This document shows, piece after piece, positions 13,957 through 26,482 of a DNA stretch of 64,000 bases (positions are counted from its first letter, which is position 1; each line of letters starts with the position of its first letter). The position numbers were made by a program, and so were the translations under genes. The stretch is from assembly GCF_009914755.1 (NCBI RefSeq), contig NC_060925.1; one strand, written 5' to 3'. This stretch comes from the human T2T-CHM13v2.0 reference genome, Homo sapiens. The notes under the pieces were generated by a model that saw only the letters and a program-made list of their open reading frames with translations, was not told where the DNA came from and did no database searches.

Positions 13957-14064
13957 GTTGCCCCAGATACCAAGGCATCAAAAGCCAGGGGATCCAGAAA
14001 AAACAAAGATGGCCAAGAGAGAAACTGGGGGAAAAGCCAAAAGGTTGAGAGCCACACCATCTAG
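13957..14064 (+). CDS. PPIE: PPIE alternative last coding exon (VAPDTKASKARGSRKNKDGQERNWGKSQKVESHTI*), antisense within BMP8B intron 6
   Basis: gcttttgtcctttaag acceptor; phase-0 frame of 35 codons + TAG compatible with the 4492 donor; peptide matches a PPIE isoform C-terminus as I recall it. Confidence 0.75.
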   Translation, partial: VAPDTKASKARGSRKNKDGQERNWGKSQKVESHTI

Positions 14065-14531
14065 AAGCTTCCTGCCTGCGGTGCGGCACAGGTGGGTGAG
14101 TGCACACGCACACCCCACACACTGTGCACACATATCACGGGCGGTCAGACTTGCCAGCGTACTCGGCGGCCCGTGTGCTAAGATCACACAGCCCCCACAC
14201 AGTGTACACATCTGTTTCATGTGCTGTGCCTCTGAGCGCTGCACACAGGTGCGTAAGTGTCCCACAGGAGTTTGTTCGGTGCATAGAACAGGCATGTGTA
14301 CACGACTGTTCACGTATGTCCGTGTTTGGGTGCGAGTCTACGTGTAGTGTGGCTGTATAAGGACCAGTTCCTGCAGAGCTGTGGGAAGTTAGCGACGTTA
14401 CTGACTGTGCAGACAAAGCCCCCTGAGACGCGGAGCAGGTGGCCTCACTGCCCTCCCAGCCAGCTGGACCAGACCCCTCTCCACAGGGCCCCCCACCCCA
14501 GGGGGCTGGGCAGGATGGGCATGGTACTGAC

Positions 14532-14642
14532 CAGGGACTGCAGGATGGCGTGGTTGGTGGCATTCATGCAGGAGTCCAGTGGGAAGGAGCACTCCCCCTC
14601 ACAGTAATAGGCCGAGTAGCCTTGGGGAGCGATGACCCAGTC
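14532..14642 (-). CDS. BMP8B: BMP8B exon 6
   Basis: [37 protein letters not shown] (CxGxC motif plus the BMP8/OP-2 extra Cys); cccag acceptor, gtcagt donor; 111 nt. Confidence 0.97.
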
Positions 14643-15129
14643 CTGGGGGGCAAGGGAGAAGGTGAGTCCCATCCATGTGCCCCTCCCTGAGCCTCAGGGC
14701 CCAAACCCATCCTCCAGCCCTGCAGGGCCGTCTCCCCCAAGAGGCTTGAATCCACCCAGGAACCCCCGGCAGAAAAGGCTGGGCAGGAGCTCAGGCCCAA
14801 CATCCCCCATATCTTCACTTTGCGTCCCCTCCCCAGCCGGCCCTCCCCTGCCCACGCCTCCCAGAGCTGCAGTCGTAGCCAATGCAGGGAGGTCTCAGTT
14901 ACCCTGCAGCAATGCTGACAGCTTAGTTGGTTGATTCAGTCTTCATTTTCATGGTTTTAAAAAAAACAAAAAACTGAACAAAAAAAAAACCCTTTCTCAC
15001 CATATTCTCACTTTAGAAAACTTGGAAAACACAGAAGAAAAAAATACATAAGAAAATTGAAGTCACCCATGATTCTATGTCCTCCCTACAGATTCACTTC
15101 TGATCTACAGGTGGTGATTGTCATTTCAG

Positions 15130-15183
15130 AAACAAGGAGAGTCAGCAATTACCAGCCAGCCGAGGTCCTGGAAGCTGACGTAG
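15130..15183 (+). CDS. PPIE: PPIE alternative last coding exon ([17 protein letters not shown]; CYP33B-type), antisense to BMP8B exon 5
   Basis: ttgtcatttcag acceptor; phase-0 frame of 17 codons + TAG; downstream AATAAA at 15333-15338; peptide matches the recalled PPIE isoform B C-terminus. Confidence 0.8.
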   Translation, partial: KQGESAITSQPRSWKLT

Positions 15184-15232
15184 AGCTCGTGCCGACGGCA
15201 GACCTGCCGGCCGTGGGAGCCGTGGACGTCAT
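15153..15232 (-). CDS. BMP8B: BMP8B exon 5
   Basis: [27 protein letters not shown], start of the TGF-beta domain; ctgcag acceptor, gtaatt donor; 80 nt. Confidence 0.97.
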
Positions 15233-15332
15233 CTGCAGGGACAGAAGGGGCAAGGTCTTTTCTGGGGTTCCTACTGTGTGCAGCTACTATGGGGTACCAG
15301 GGTGGGGGATGCCCTGATGAGCACATTTGTCA

Positions 15333-15338
15333 AATAAA
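15333..15338 (+). terminator. PPIE: PolyA signal for the most distal PPIE terminal exon
   Basis: AATAAA 150 nt after TAG at 15183. Confidence 0.65.
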
Positions 15339-16063
15339 TGAATGACAGGAAACCATTTGGTCTCATAAAGCCCATCCCTGGAACTCTGCTTGTACCATGA
15401 CCCAGCTCAGAAGCCTGCCATGGCTCCCAATGGCTAGAGTGACACTGTGCCCAGTCCTCCCCTGTCCTTCAGCCTATGAGCGTCTTTATGCTCCAGTAAA
15501 CAGCCCAGCAGGACCCTCGGCCATCCTGTGCCTCCTCCTCTCTGGAGACCCCTGTGACTCCAGCCCACCCTCTCCTGCCACACCCATTCCCGAGGTTCAA
15601 GTGGCTCACGACCAGGCCAGTCAAGGGCCGACTCCCTGGGAAGGAGGGCACGGGGTTGGGTCAGGCCTGTCCCTGATCCTGAAGGGCTTGGCCCAGTTGG
15701 GGAGAAAACTCGCATAAGCAACTGAGGATCCCGCAGGGTGCCCAGGCACAACCGCAGGTCATGAGGGGCTGCGGCTCCCAGGGAAGGGGCAGCTGATTCT
15801 GAAGGAGGCTCCTGAGAAAGACCCGGAGGAGCCAGGGGGAGAGAGGGAGACTTCTGGGCAGCAGGGACAGCCAGGACAGGCCTCCGGAGTGCCGGTCACC
15901 AGGGTGCATCAGGGCCAAGATGGTGTCAGGAAAGGTGGCTGGAGAGTGGCCGTCAGCTTGAACCGACCTGAGCCTGAGGGCTCTGGGCCACCACTTGGTT
16001 CTCGCCCTGCCTCTCTCAGCCAGAAGCCCACAGGGCCTCGGCCCCAGCCTGCCCGACCCTCAC

Positions 16064-16258
16064 CAAAGATCCCTGGGAGTCGGTTGGCCTGCGGCAGCTC
16101 GTTGCTTTTCTTCGGCTGCCTCCTCCTCAGTGGCCTCACTGCCCGAGGGGTGCGGATGGGACTCGGACTGGCCCTGAAGAAAGTGACCACGAAAGGCTGT
16201 TGGGAGCGTGGGGCCCGTTGACCCAGCAGGCCGGCCAGGCCAGGATCCACGCTGTGCC
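16064..16258 (-). CDS. BMP8B: BMP8B exon 4 (contains RTPR proprotein-convertase site at 16143-16154)
   Basis: [28 protein letters not shown]...[13 protein letters not shown]...LPGIF; ctcag acceptor, gtgagg donor; 195 nt. Confidence 0.97.
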
Positions 16259-17202
16259 CTGAGACAGAAAGGAGAGAGGGGTCACTCACGGGCAGCGGCC
16301 CTGCAGCAGACACAGCAGCGGTCTCTCTGCCGGGGCCTGGGCAGGTCCAGGAGCGTGGAGGCTGAGGACCCAAGGGGTCCTGCTGAGCCTCAGTTTCCAC
16401 AACTGAAGCCTGGAGTCCTTGGTCCAGCCCCAGCCAGTCCACGTCTCTCCTGGGGACAGATTTGGAGGAGGTGGGAGGGGGTGCTCAGTGAGCTGCAGGC
16501 GGTGTTATTAGTGACAGCTGCGTCACAAATAATAACATTTGTGAAGTGTTTTACAAGTTGGAAGATTTTTCCCATGGATCACCTCATTGGGTCCTTACAG
16601 TGACCCTGCAGCTCCTACTTCACAGGAGACCCAGAGTCCTACTGCCAGTGACTCCGAGAACCAGCGCTCCCACCTTGGTCCAAGGACCCCGAGACCTGTG
16701 TTCTGTCTTCCGTCCCGCACTTTCTGGGGTGTGAATGTCAAACTTATCACCGAGACAGCTCGTGGTAGCATCTGCCAGGTTGAGCGAGTGCTTGTTCTGC
16801 TGGGCACAGCCCAAGAGCAGGGCATTAACTGTCTCCCTGATGCCCACAAGGGAGATGCCAGGCAGAGCAGAAACATTGAACCAAGTCCCAGAGCCCAGGT
16901 TGCAGCCTGCGGCAGTCTCATTCCAGAGCCCGAGTTCTTATGCACGAGCTGGGCTTATGGACAGAAAAGAAAGAAAGAAAAGGCTGAAACAGAGATCTGA
17001 CTTGGGCCTCAGCCCCAGGAGGAGTGAAGCCTGTAAACGGGATTGTCCCCCACAGCCGCTTCCAGACTGAGGATGCCGCTGAAAACATGATAACTAACCC
17101 TGGAGATGCCAAGCCTCACCAATAAAACTGTGTATCATCCTGTACTTGTTTGGATTTCAATAACCTTTCTATTGTAAAAGCAATTAAGTAAAGAAACTTT
17201 TG

Positions 17203-17500
17203 AGGCCAGGCAAGGTGGCTCACGCTTGTAATCCCAGCACTTTGGGAGGCCGAGGTGGGAGGATTGCTTGAACCTAGGCATTTGAGACCAGCCTGGGCAA
17301 CATAGTGAGACCCTGTCTCAACAAAAAAATAAAAACAAAAATGAGCTGGGCATGGTGGTGAACTTCCCGGGAAGCTGAGGTGGGAGGACTGCTTGAGCCT
17401 GGGAGGTTGAGGCTGCAGTGAGGTGTGATTGTGTCACCACACTCCAGCTGGGCGACAGAATGAGAGTGTGTTTCAAGAAAAAAAAAACAAAACACAAAAC
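17203..17500 (+). mobile_element. Alu (J-like)
   Basis: Dimeric Alu; aaactttt on both flanks. Confidence 0.88.
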
Positions 17501-20023
17501 TTTTTCTGGTTGTTTAAATAAGTCTCCACAATAAACATTTCAAATTTATAAAATCCCTTGGAGCAGTATACCGTAATTGACTTGATATTGGCTCATCATA
17601 GACATGTAGGTTATTTCCCGGCTTTCATGATAAAGATGGGAGTGCAATGGAGCCTCTTCACTCCGTGCATGGGTGAAATTTCCTGATACTGAATGGCAGA
17701 AGCATGATTACCAGCTCATTTTCATGTCTCTTTAAACAGAGCCAGTTGTTCAGTTTACACGAAAGTACATTTCACCTCCATGTTATAAGCACAGATGTAC
17801 ACACGTATGTACACACATGCATATGTTTGCATAAACACACAGATGCACATACGCTCAGACAGACATCACACACACAGATGTATTTATTCCTACGTAGTTC
17901 TCCAGTACACCCTACAGGTCAAGGACACTGCCTGCCCCACCCTCAGTCCCACTCAAAGGTCAGCCCTTAAGCAGCTGTGCCTCAGCCCTGGTGTCCCTTG
18001 GCCACTTGACTGAACAACCAGTGAATCCAGAGACCAACCTTTGACCCGTGACATCATCCGCCACAAACAAATGCACTGGCAGGAGAGGCTCCCTCCCTCT
18101 CACGAGCATGGACAAGAGCTGCTGAGACAGGGAGGCTGTGAGCTGCAGATGCTAACATGGGAAGGAGGCCCAGAGAGAATCCACTGGGCAGGGCTTGGTT
18201 CACGGTGAGTCAAGGTTATGGGGAAGCAGCAGAAATACAAGGAACAGAGCTGGGGCACAGAGGAAAAGACAAGTGAGGTCACAACGGAGAGAGAACAGAG
18301 CAGCCTGAGTGGGGTGGTGGTGGTCACCAGCCCGGGCACTGGAGTGTCACTCTGCAGACTGGCTGACCCATGGGGACAGCCTGGGGCCCAGGGCAGCCCT
18401 CCTGGCTCCACTTGCAGCTCTGTCCTGTGACTCCCTGGGGAGCCCTGCCTGCCATGGGGCCTGAGAGGCCATCAGTCCTGCAGGCTTTCCTCACTATTTG
18501 CTTCTGTGCAGCTGTGTTCAAGGGTCTTATGGGGGGTCTCCCAGACACAGGATAGAATGTCGCATTAGATCAGTTACACCACAGACCCTCACAGAGCCCC
18601 TCTGAGCCAGGCCTGGCTTGGGTGCTGGGAACCCCTCTGTAGGTCTCACAGGCCAGGCGAGCCTGACTAGGGAACCTTGGAAGCAGCTAATCCCAGGTTC
18701 CCATTTTACAGAAGCAGAAACTAAGGCCCAGAGAGAGCAGCAACTGTCCAAGGTCCCAGAGCAAGGTGGGTCGGAGCCAGGATTGTCATATACTTTTCCA
18801 GCAAACTGCAGGGCCCAGCTGGATGTGGCTGGGCAAGATGGGGTGTGATGAAGGGGACTAACAGTGGGTCTGGGTTCAGAGCCCTGCATCTGGCAGGCCT
18901 GGAGAAGCTCCCCCATCCCCAGCCCTCTCCTTCCAGAGCCCAGAGCCTCCCTTCTCCATCAGCTCTGCTTCTTACCCACCCATTCTTAGGCAGGACTCCC
19001 TGGCTCCAGCTGGCTGCAGGGAAGGCCAAGCAGTCAAGGTGGGGGGCTCTCAGGCTGCCCAGCTGTGGGCAGGCCCCTTCCAGAAAGGTGGAGTTGGAGG
19101 CCCAGAGGGTCACTTGTCCGCTTCTAGATACCTCAGCCTTTTCCACACTGCTCCTGGGAAACTGACGCCCAGGGCAAATCAGGTGCCCCTCTCCAGGAGC
19201 CCCAAAAGGCACCCCACTGCCCACTAGATGACATTTCATTTCAAGCCCCCAACCCCAGCCATAGTCCCTGGCCCCTTTTCCACACCCCCAGTCTGTGCCC
19301 TCCATGAGCGCCAACTCTCCCTGCCCTGCTCTCCTTCCCAGGATCTGGCCTTTCCTGCAGGGTGAGGCTCCAATGGGCCCCTGGAAAGTCTGTCCTTGAC
19401 CAGTGAGAACTTACTACTCTGACCACATGCCCCCAATGGCCTGGGAACCCCCAGAGCTACACTTATGCAGTGCATGCACCAGGCCAGGCTTGGTTGTCAA
19501 CAGCACGTGTGCACGCGTGCATGCACACACACACACACACACAATCTTAATTTTAGTTTTTGAGACTATAGATTCAGGAGGAAATGCCTCACAGCCTCTT
19601 GGGTTACAACGGACCATCACACAAGTGGCCAGTTTGGGCCTCCATCCCAGAGAGGAGGGCCTAAGTGTCTGGTGTGAATGATGCAGGAACAATTCAAATG
19701 AAGCTGAGAAAACTCATCTAGTCCCTTGGTTAGGGTTCTAGAACTCCTCCTGTCCTAGGCTGTAGCCTTTGGCCACACACAGATAGAGGAAGCTTCCTGG
19801 TGGATTTCAGCACCGGCAGCCTCTCCCCTCTCAGTCTCTCCCATCACCCGGTCCCTTCCCTTGGAGATGGTCCTGCTTTCCTTCTACGGACATCTAGAAG
19901 CTTAACATCTCATAGGTCCCAGGAGGAGAGATGTGGGAGGAGGAGGGGAGGCTTCAGGGAAACAAAATTTAACAACAAAGGCCCCAGAAGAAATACCAGA
20001 TAACGGATAAAAACGTTCAAGAA

Positions 20024-20670
<647 letters not shown>

Positions 20671-20984
20671 AAGCTCGTGAAGATAGCATGTCTTCCAATC
20701 ACAAACTCACATCTTTGCTCGCCTATTTCTCACTGCAGTAGTAAAATGTCCCTTCAGGTGTACTCTGGGTTGAGTGATTTTCTCCCTCGTCAGTTTTTAT
20801 CTCCATTTCATGGTTCAAGTACGAGGGAGGCGCTTGAATCAAATCTTGCTGTGAATGCACTGAGCTGTGCACGCTCTGTGTAAACATCACAGAGCAAAGC
20901 GGACATCCATTCCTCACCACTGCAGACCTGCGCCTTGCAGTGCTCGAGAAACACAGTGAGGAACTGATCTGTTTTCCTGTTGTT

Positions 20985-20990
20985 TTTAAT
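20985..20990 (-). terminator. OXCT2: OXCT2 polyA signal ATTAAA
   Basis: TTTAAT on +, about 160 nt past the OXCT2 stop. Confidence 0.65.
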
Positions 20991-21146
20991 TAAAGTCGCA
21001 GCTCTCTAGAGGAGCACTGTCCACCTAGGGAGGAAAGTAGGAGGCCAGTAGCAAACCCCTCCCAGAGCTGGGGACATGTATTCCCCTGGGGAACCCGGTG
21101 GCACCCGCCCTGAGGAGCGCACCACCCCGCCCAGATCCAGGTCCCG

Positions 21147-22700
21147 TCAGGGTGCCACCTGCTGCATGGGCCTGAGGTTCGGGGACACAGCAAAGGCACA
21201 CCCCGTGCTCTTTTTGATGTCGTCCACCGTCAGGCCCTCCCAGAGCTCCCTCAGCGTCAGCTCTTTCTTCCTGTGCACGTCAAACACGGCCTTCTCGGTG
21301 ATGATGCGGTCCACGCACCGCTTCCCGGTCAGCGGCATGGTGCATTTCTCCATGATCTTGGGGGTGTTGTCCTTTGTGCAGTGCTGCATGGTGACCACCA
21401 CTCTGGTCTTCTGACTGGACACCAAGTCCATGGCACCGCCCATGCCTTTCACCTTCTTGCCAGGGATCATCCAGTTCGCCAGGTCGCCGTATTTGGAAAC
21501 CTGCATGGCTCCAAGCATGGTTAGTTGGATGTGTCCCCCTCGGATCATGGCGAAGGAGTCGTCGCTGGCGAAGAAGCAGCCCCCGGGAAGCACCGTGACC
21601 GTCTGCTTGCCTGCATTGATGAGGTCGGCATCCACCTCATCTTCCGTGGGAAACGGGCCCAGGCCCAGGATCCCGTTCTCACTGTGAAGATGGACAGTCA
21701 TGCTGGGACTGATGAAGTTGCTGGCCAGCAGGGGGATGCCTATGCCCAGATTGGCGTACATGCCGTCCTCAAATTCCAGAGCTGCGCGTCTGATGATGCG
21801 CGTCCTGGCGTCCTCTTCCTTTCCAGCGTCTCCATCTTCCTCTTTCAGGATCGTTAAGCGCTCAATTCGTTTCTCGTATTTCTGCCCCTTTATCACGCGA
21901 TCTACATAAATGTTAGGAACGTGGATGTCTTCTGGGGGGAAAGCCCCCACCTCCACGATCTCTTCCACCTCCACCGCCGTGACGTCTGCAGCTTTGCACA
22001 TGGGCACGTTGAAATTGCGGGCGCTTCTCCTGAAGACCACGTTTCCTGCCCGGTCGGCCTTCCACCCTTTCACCAGGGCGAAGTCTGCCCGGATGGCGCG
22101 CTCCAAAAGGAAGTGGTCGCCGTTGAACTCCCTCACCTCTCGGGGCTGGCTCATGAGCGCCAGGTGGCCGTCCGGGGTGTAGCGGATGGGGGCGCCCCCT
22201 TCCTGGACCAGGGTCCCGTAGCCCGTGGGGGTGTAGAAGGCGGGCACCCCGGCGCCCCCCGCGCGGATGCGCTCGGCCAGGGTGCCCTGGGGCGTGAGCT
22301 CCAGCTCCAGCTCTCCTGCCAGGTACTGGCTCTCGCACAGGGTGTTCTCGCCCACGTAGGAACAGACGATGCGACGGACCTGCCTGGCGGCCAGCAGGAG
22401 GCCCAGGCCGAAGTCCTCCACGCCCACGTTGCTGCTGACCACCTGCAGGTCTTTCACGCGGGTCCTGAGCAGCGCGGCGATCAGGTTCTCGGGGATCCCG
22501 CAGAGCCCGAAGCCCCCGATCATGACGGTCGCCCCGTCAGAGATGTCCTTCACCATCTCCACCGGGTCCGCGTAGAACTTGGCACGGAGCCGGGGACTGG
22601 TGGCAAAGCAGCGGGCGCAGCCCTGGGACAGCGCGAGCCCTGAGCCGCCGGCGGGGACCCCGCGCCCGAGCACTGACGCCAGGAGCCGCAGCGCCGCCAT
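21147..22700 (-). CDS. OXCT2: OXCT2, succinyl-CoA:3-ketoacid CoA transferase 2 (SCOT-t), mitochondrial, intronless; nested in BMP8B intron 3
   Basis: Intact 517-aa ATG ORF; Arg/Leu/Ser-rich mitochondrial presequence; CoA-transferase motifs [16 protein letters not shown] and LHSENG (catalytic Glu), [16 protein letters not shown]. Confidence 0.97.
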   Translation of the reverse strand: MAALRLLASVLGRGVPAGGSGLALSQGCARCFATSPRLRAKFYADPVEMVKDISDGATVMIGGFGLCGIPENLIAALLRTRVKDLQVVSSNVGVEDFGLGLLLAARQVRRIVCSYVGENTLCESQYLAGELELELTPQGTLAERIRAGGAGVPAFYTPTGYGTLVQEGGAPIRYTPDGHLALMSQPREVREFNGDHFLLERAIRADFALVKGWKADRAGNVVFRRSARNFNVPMCKAADVTAVEVEEIVEVGAFPPEDIHVPNIYVDRVIKGQKYEKRIERLTILKEEDGDAGKEEDARTRIIRRAALEFEDGMYANLGIGIPLLASNFISPSMTVHLHSENGILGLGPFPTEDEVDADLINAGKQTVTVLPGGCFFASDDSFAMIRGGHIQLTMLGAMQVSKYGDLANWMIPGKKVKGMGGAMDLVSSQKTRVVVTMQHCTKDNTPKIMEKCTMPLTGKRCVDRIITEKAVFDVHRKKELTLRELWEGLTVDDIKKSTGCAFAVSPNLRPMQQVAP

Positions 22701-22970
22701 AGTCGGCCCGGGTCGGAGGCCAGGACAGGTGGTGTGAGCCCTGCGTGCGCCTCGGGCCGCGCGTCACAGAGCAGGGCGGGCGCCCGCGCCCTGACGCACT
22801 CCCTCCCAGCAGGTCTCCCCGGCCAGGCGCAGGCTCTAGGCTAGGCCCGCGACCCGCAACAGGGAGGGGGCCGGCTCCGCCCTGGGCTGGGGGCCCCCGA
22901 GTCAGTCCTCCGTGTCCAGCGCACAGGCCCGGGCGCAGGACAGAGCTGAGGTCAGGCTCCGCGAGAAGGG
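21400..22970. promoter_or_regulatory. CpG island over the OXCT2 promoter and gene body
   Basis: Very high GC and CpG density by eye; bounds approximate. Confidence 0.8.
22761..22799 (-). promoter_or_regulatory. OXCT2 TATA-less core promoter/5' region: two CRE half-sites (TGACG) flanking a GC box
   Basis: CGTCA 22762-22766, GGGCGG 22774-22779, TGACGCAC 22792-22799; no TATA box nearby. Confidence 0.5.
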
Positions 22971-24319
22971 CACAGGCTAGGTCCCCTCCTGCCCCAGTGG
23001 AGCCTCAGACACAAACTCCAACCACCCCGCCCAAGCTTCCCCCCAGCTTCCCCAGCTCATTAAAGACACCAAGTGTCCAATGAGCAGGCGCCGCTGGGTG
23101 ACACCGACGCTCATGAACACCTTCACTGGGCATCACTCTGTGCCAAGCACCCTCCTTTAATCCTGTGACAACCCGGAGAGTGAGTGCCTGCCCCACTACA
23201 GCCTCCCAGAGCTCAGGTTCACCCCTCACTGCGACAGTGGGGACAGTATCCCTCACCTCCATCAGGAAGGGTCCCTGCTCTGAAGAGGCGCCCCGTCTTG
23301 TCCTCTGCATCCCCCCGCCCTCTCCACCTCCCCCACTCCAGCTCCCTGCTCCAACTTGTGCGGAATTTTGCAGTTTTCTTCCCTCTGCACAGAATCACTG
23401 CATCACCACAGCAGCGTGCAGGCGTCTCCTCACCTGGAAAGGACCTGCCTTGTCCCGGGTTCTCTCCAGCCCCAGCCCATGTCTCTGCTCCCCTTCCCCA
23501 GCAAAGGTTCTGGAAAGAGCTGTCTCCTGCCTCCACTGCCTGTCTCCCTCCACCTCCTCAGTCAGACCCACACTCCACGGATATTTAGGTCATCAACAAC
23601 CTCTGTGATGGCAAAACCCTTGGTCACTTCTCTGTTCTTGCCTTCAGTGCCCACAGCAGGACACAAATGACAAACCCTTGCTTCTGGAAACACTTTACTC
23701 TGGCGTCTGGATCACCTCATCCTCCAGGTGTCCTGCTCCCTCCCTGGCTGGTCTCTGTGGGCTCTCTGTGGCCCCTCCTTGTGAGGTCTCTGGATGTTGG
23801 AGGTCCCAGGGCTCTGGGCCAGGCCCTCTTTCTTCTCCATCACTACCCTCCTTCCCTAGATGACCTGGTCCCATCCCATGCTTTAAATCCACTTACATGC
23901 CAGCACCTCCCTCGCCTGGGTCTTCACGCTCACCGGTCCCTGTAATGGCATTTCCATGAGGACCAGTGATCTCAGTAACATCCCAGGGGGGTCAGTAATA
24001 TTCCAGCCAAAAGAGAACCCTTGGCCACCCACCTCAAACCTGCCCTTCATCTATCTTTTCCCCAAAAAGAAAAATCTATTGAAAAAAATCCACTGGCTCC
24101 AACCACACATCATTCAGGCTTCCTCCTGTTCCCTCACCTCCTCGCCAGCTATAAGCATGTCCTGACACTGAAATCGACTCATCTTTCTCCATCTCCACTG
24201 CTACCAACAAGTCGCTCACAGCGCCCACCTGGACCACTGTGGGGCCCCCACACGTCTCTCTGACTTCACTCTTGTCCATCTCAGTCTGCTCTCTCCACTG
24301 AAGTCAGGGGGTTCTTTAT

Positions 24320-24860
24320 TTTATGCATATATTAAGTTTTAATTTTACAACAGTTGATAGTTACATAAAACTTTGTAAAGATAGTACAGAGGCTAAGGTG
24401 GGAGGATCGCTCGCGCCCAGGAGTTGGAGGTTACCGTCAGCTGTGATTGCGCCACTGCACTCCAGCCTGAGCAACAGAGCCAAACCCTGTCTCAAAGAAA
24501 AAAAACTACACAAGGAGTTCCCATACACCTGGACCCAGTTTCCTCTGGGAAATGCTAATATTTTACACTAGCAGGGTACCTTTCTCATAACTAATGAACC
24601 AATACTGATACCTTATTATTAAGTAAACACCATGATCGATCTGGATTTCATAACTTCTCCCTAATGACCTTTTGCTGGTCCAGGACTCAACCCAGGACCC
24701 CACATGCACTGAGCTGGTCTTCTTAGGTGCCTCTGGGCTCCTCCAATTTCCCAACCTTCCCTTTTTTTTGATGAGCTTGGCGGTTTTGAGAAGCGCTTGT
24801 CAGGTATTCTGCGGAAAGCCCTTCTCTTTGGGTTTGTTTGACGGTTTTCTCGTGGCTGGA
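24320..24860 (-). mobile_element. Old L1 (L1MC-like) 3' fragment with an Alu right-arm piece (24390-24505)
   Basis: gagttcccatacacc...actaatgaaccaatactgataccttattatt pattern typical of L1M 3' UTRs. Confidence 0.55.
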
Positions 24861-25751
24861 CTGGGGTTTCGGGTTCACGGAGGGGGCCCTCTGAGGCTCA
24901 GTGGCCTTCTCCTTCCCTTTCACCCAGGGCACATGCTAGCACCGTGCCGGTCACTGCAGTGAGCCTTCCTCACCTGGCTGAGGCGCCGCGCGTCAGGTCC
25001 CCCACGCCCTGTCCACACCGCACTTTCGGGAAGCAAGTCACTGGGTGCAGCCCACGGAAGGGGTGGGGAGCTCTGCTCCACCCCGAGAGGGGGGCATCTC
25101 AGAGGGTTCTCTTTTAAAACCTGAATCAGATCCTGTCGTCCTCCACTGCTAGTAAATAAAATAAATGACGCTAAGAACCCCAGCACCTGGCCCTGGTTTA
25201 CTCTGACTCAGAATGGCCCCTGGGTCCCCCGCCCTCACCGCTGCTCCATGGCGCCCCCTTGCCGGGCCTCAAACACACCCATCTCGTGCCCACTTTGGCC
25301 TCTGTATTCCTACTGCCTGGCATAAAAGAGGCTCTCCCCAGTGTCACCTGTGGAATGAACAAGGGCGTGAATCCCCATCCTGCGGAAGAGAAGACGGGGT
25401 CTGGAAAGGTAAGTCCCAGCCAAGGTCACTGAGGCAGGGCACTGCCAAGCTGGGCTTCAAACCCAGCCTCCTGGCCTCAGTGCCTGAGGGTACAGCCACT
25501 TCCCCTCCTTCCCTTCCCAGGACAGAAACTCCCAAGGTGGAGGCTGCTCCGTGGGAAGAGCCGCCTGCTTCCTGGGAAGCAGAGGGAGAGGAGGGAGCAC
25601 CCCCACTAGGCCAGACCTCGTGCCCTGGACCTCAGTGACCCTTGCAGCGGGCACAGCTGGTGAGGCCGGGCACCCAGGGCCACAGGAAGCCACTACCGCT
25701 GCCTGTGCTGGCACAGAGAAGCCCCAGGGGCTGCAGAGCCCCCAGCCTCAC

Positions 25752-25900
25752 CATCCTCAGTCTCCACATAGAGGCGGAGTCCCAGGTCCTTGTGACGCTT
25801 CAGCAACCAGCAGTCACTGGCTGCTGTGACATCCAGCACCAGCCAGCCCTCGTCTCCAGCTCGGAGCGTCTGAAGATCCAAAAAGAACAAGTCAGACTCC
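25752..25900 (-). CDS. BMP8B: BMP8B exon 3
   Basis: [31 protein letters not shown]...YVETED; cacag acceptor, gtgagg donor; 149 nt. Confidence 0.97.
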
Positions 25901-26292
25901 CTGTGGACATGAAAGAACAATTAACCGGCGGCCGGCACAGCTGCCTCCGTGTCTCCAGGGCCCGCTGGGGGCTGTCACCGGAGCGTCTCCCACCTGACTC
26001 TGGCTGCGCCCCTTCTGAGCCTCATCTCATTGCCTCAGCCCACAGAGGTGTACACATGGGGAAACTGAGTCTCAGTGACCTGTCCAAGTCCCCACAGCCA
26101 GGATGGCAGGGCAGGGACTTGAAGTCAGGATTGTCACTGGGGCTCTTCCCACAGTGCAGGGGCCTCGGGCCAAGCATCCTTCCCATCTTTGAGGCTCTCT
26201 TTCAGCCCACCACGACTCCCTGCTGGGCTGCCTTGACCATGAGACTGTGAGGTGGGGGGTTAGGTGGGGCACCCGGGCCAAGGGGAAGGCAC

Positions 26293-26482
26293 CTGTTGGA
26301 CTGCTCCTGGACCACCTGGAACATGCTGACGTGGAGGGTCCTGTTGAGCAGGTGGATGCTGGGCACCTTGTAAATCCGGAACTCCGCAGCTGTGACCGCC
26401 TCCCCAGCCGGGATCTGGGTCAGGTCAAAGCGGAACTCCTTCCAATGGGGCTCCTGGTGGCCCAGGGCACGGTCTCGCTCCA
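26293..26482 (-). CDS. BMP8B: BMP8B exon 2
   Basis: (V)[38 protein letters not shown]...QEQSN(R); ttctag acceptor, gtgcc donor; 190 nt, phase 1 to 2. Confidence 0.97.

Noticed and set aside
21273-22643. Antisense and alternate-frame ORFs over OXCT2 (e.g. 240 aa on +)
   Set aside because: Shadow ORFs caused by the high GC3 codon bias of OXCT2
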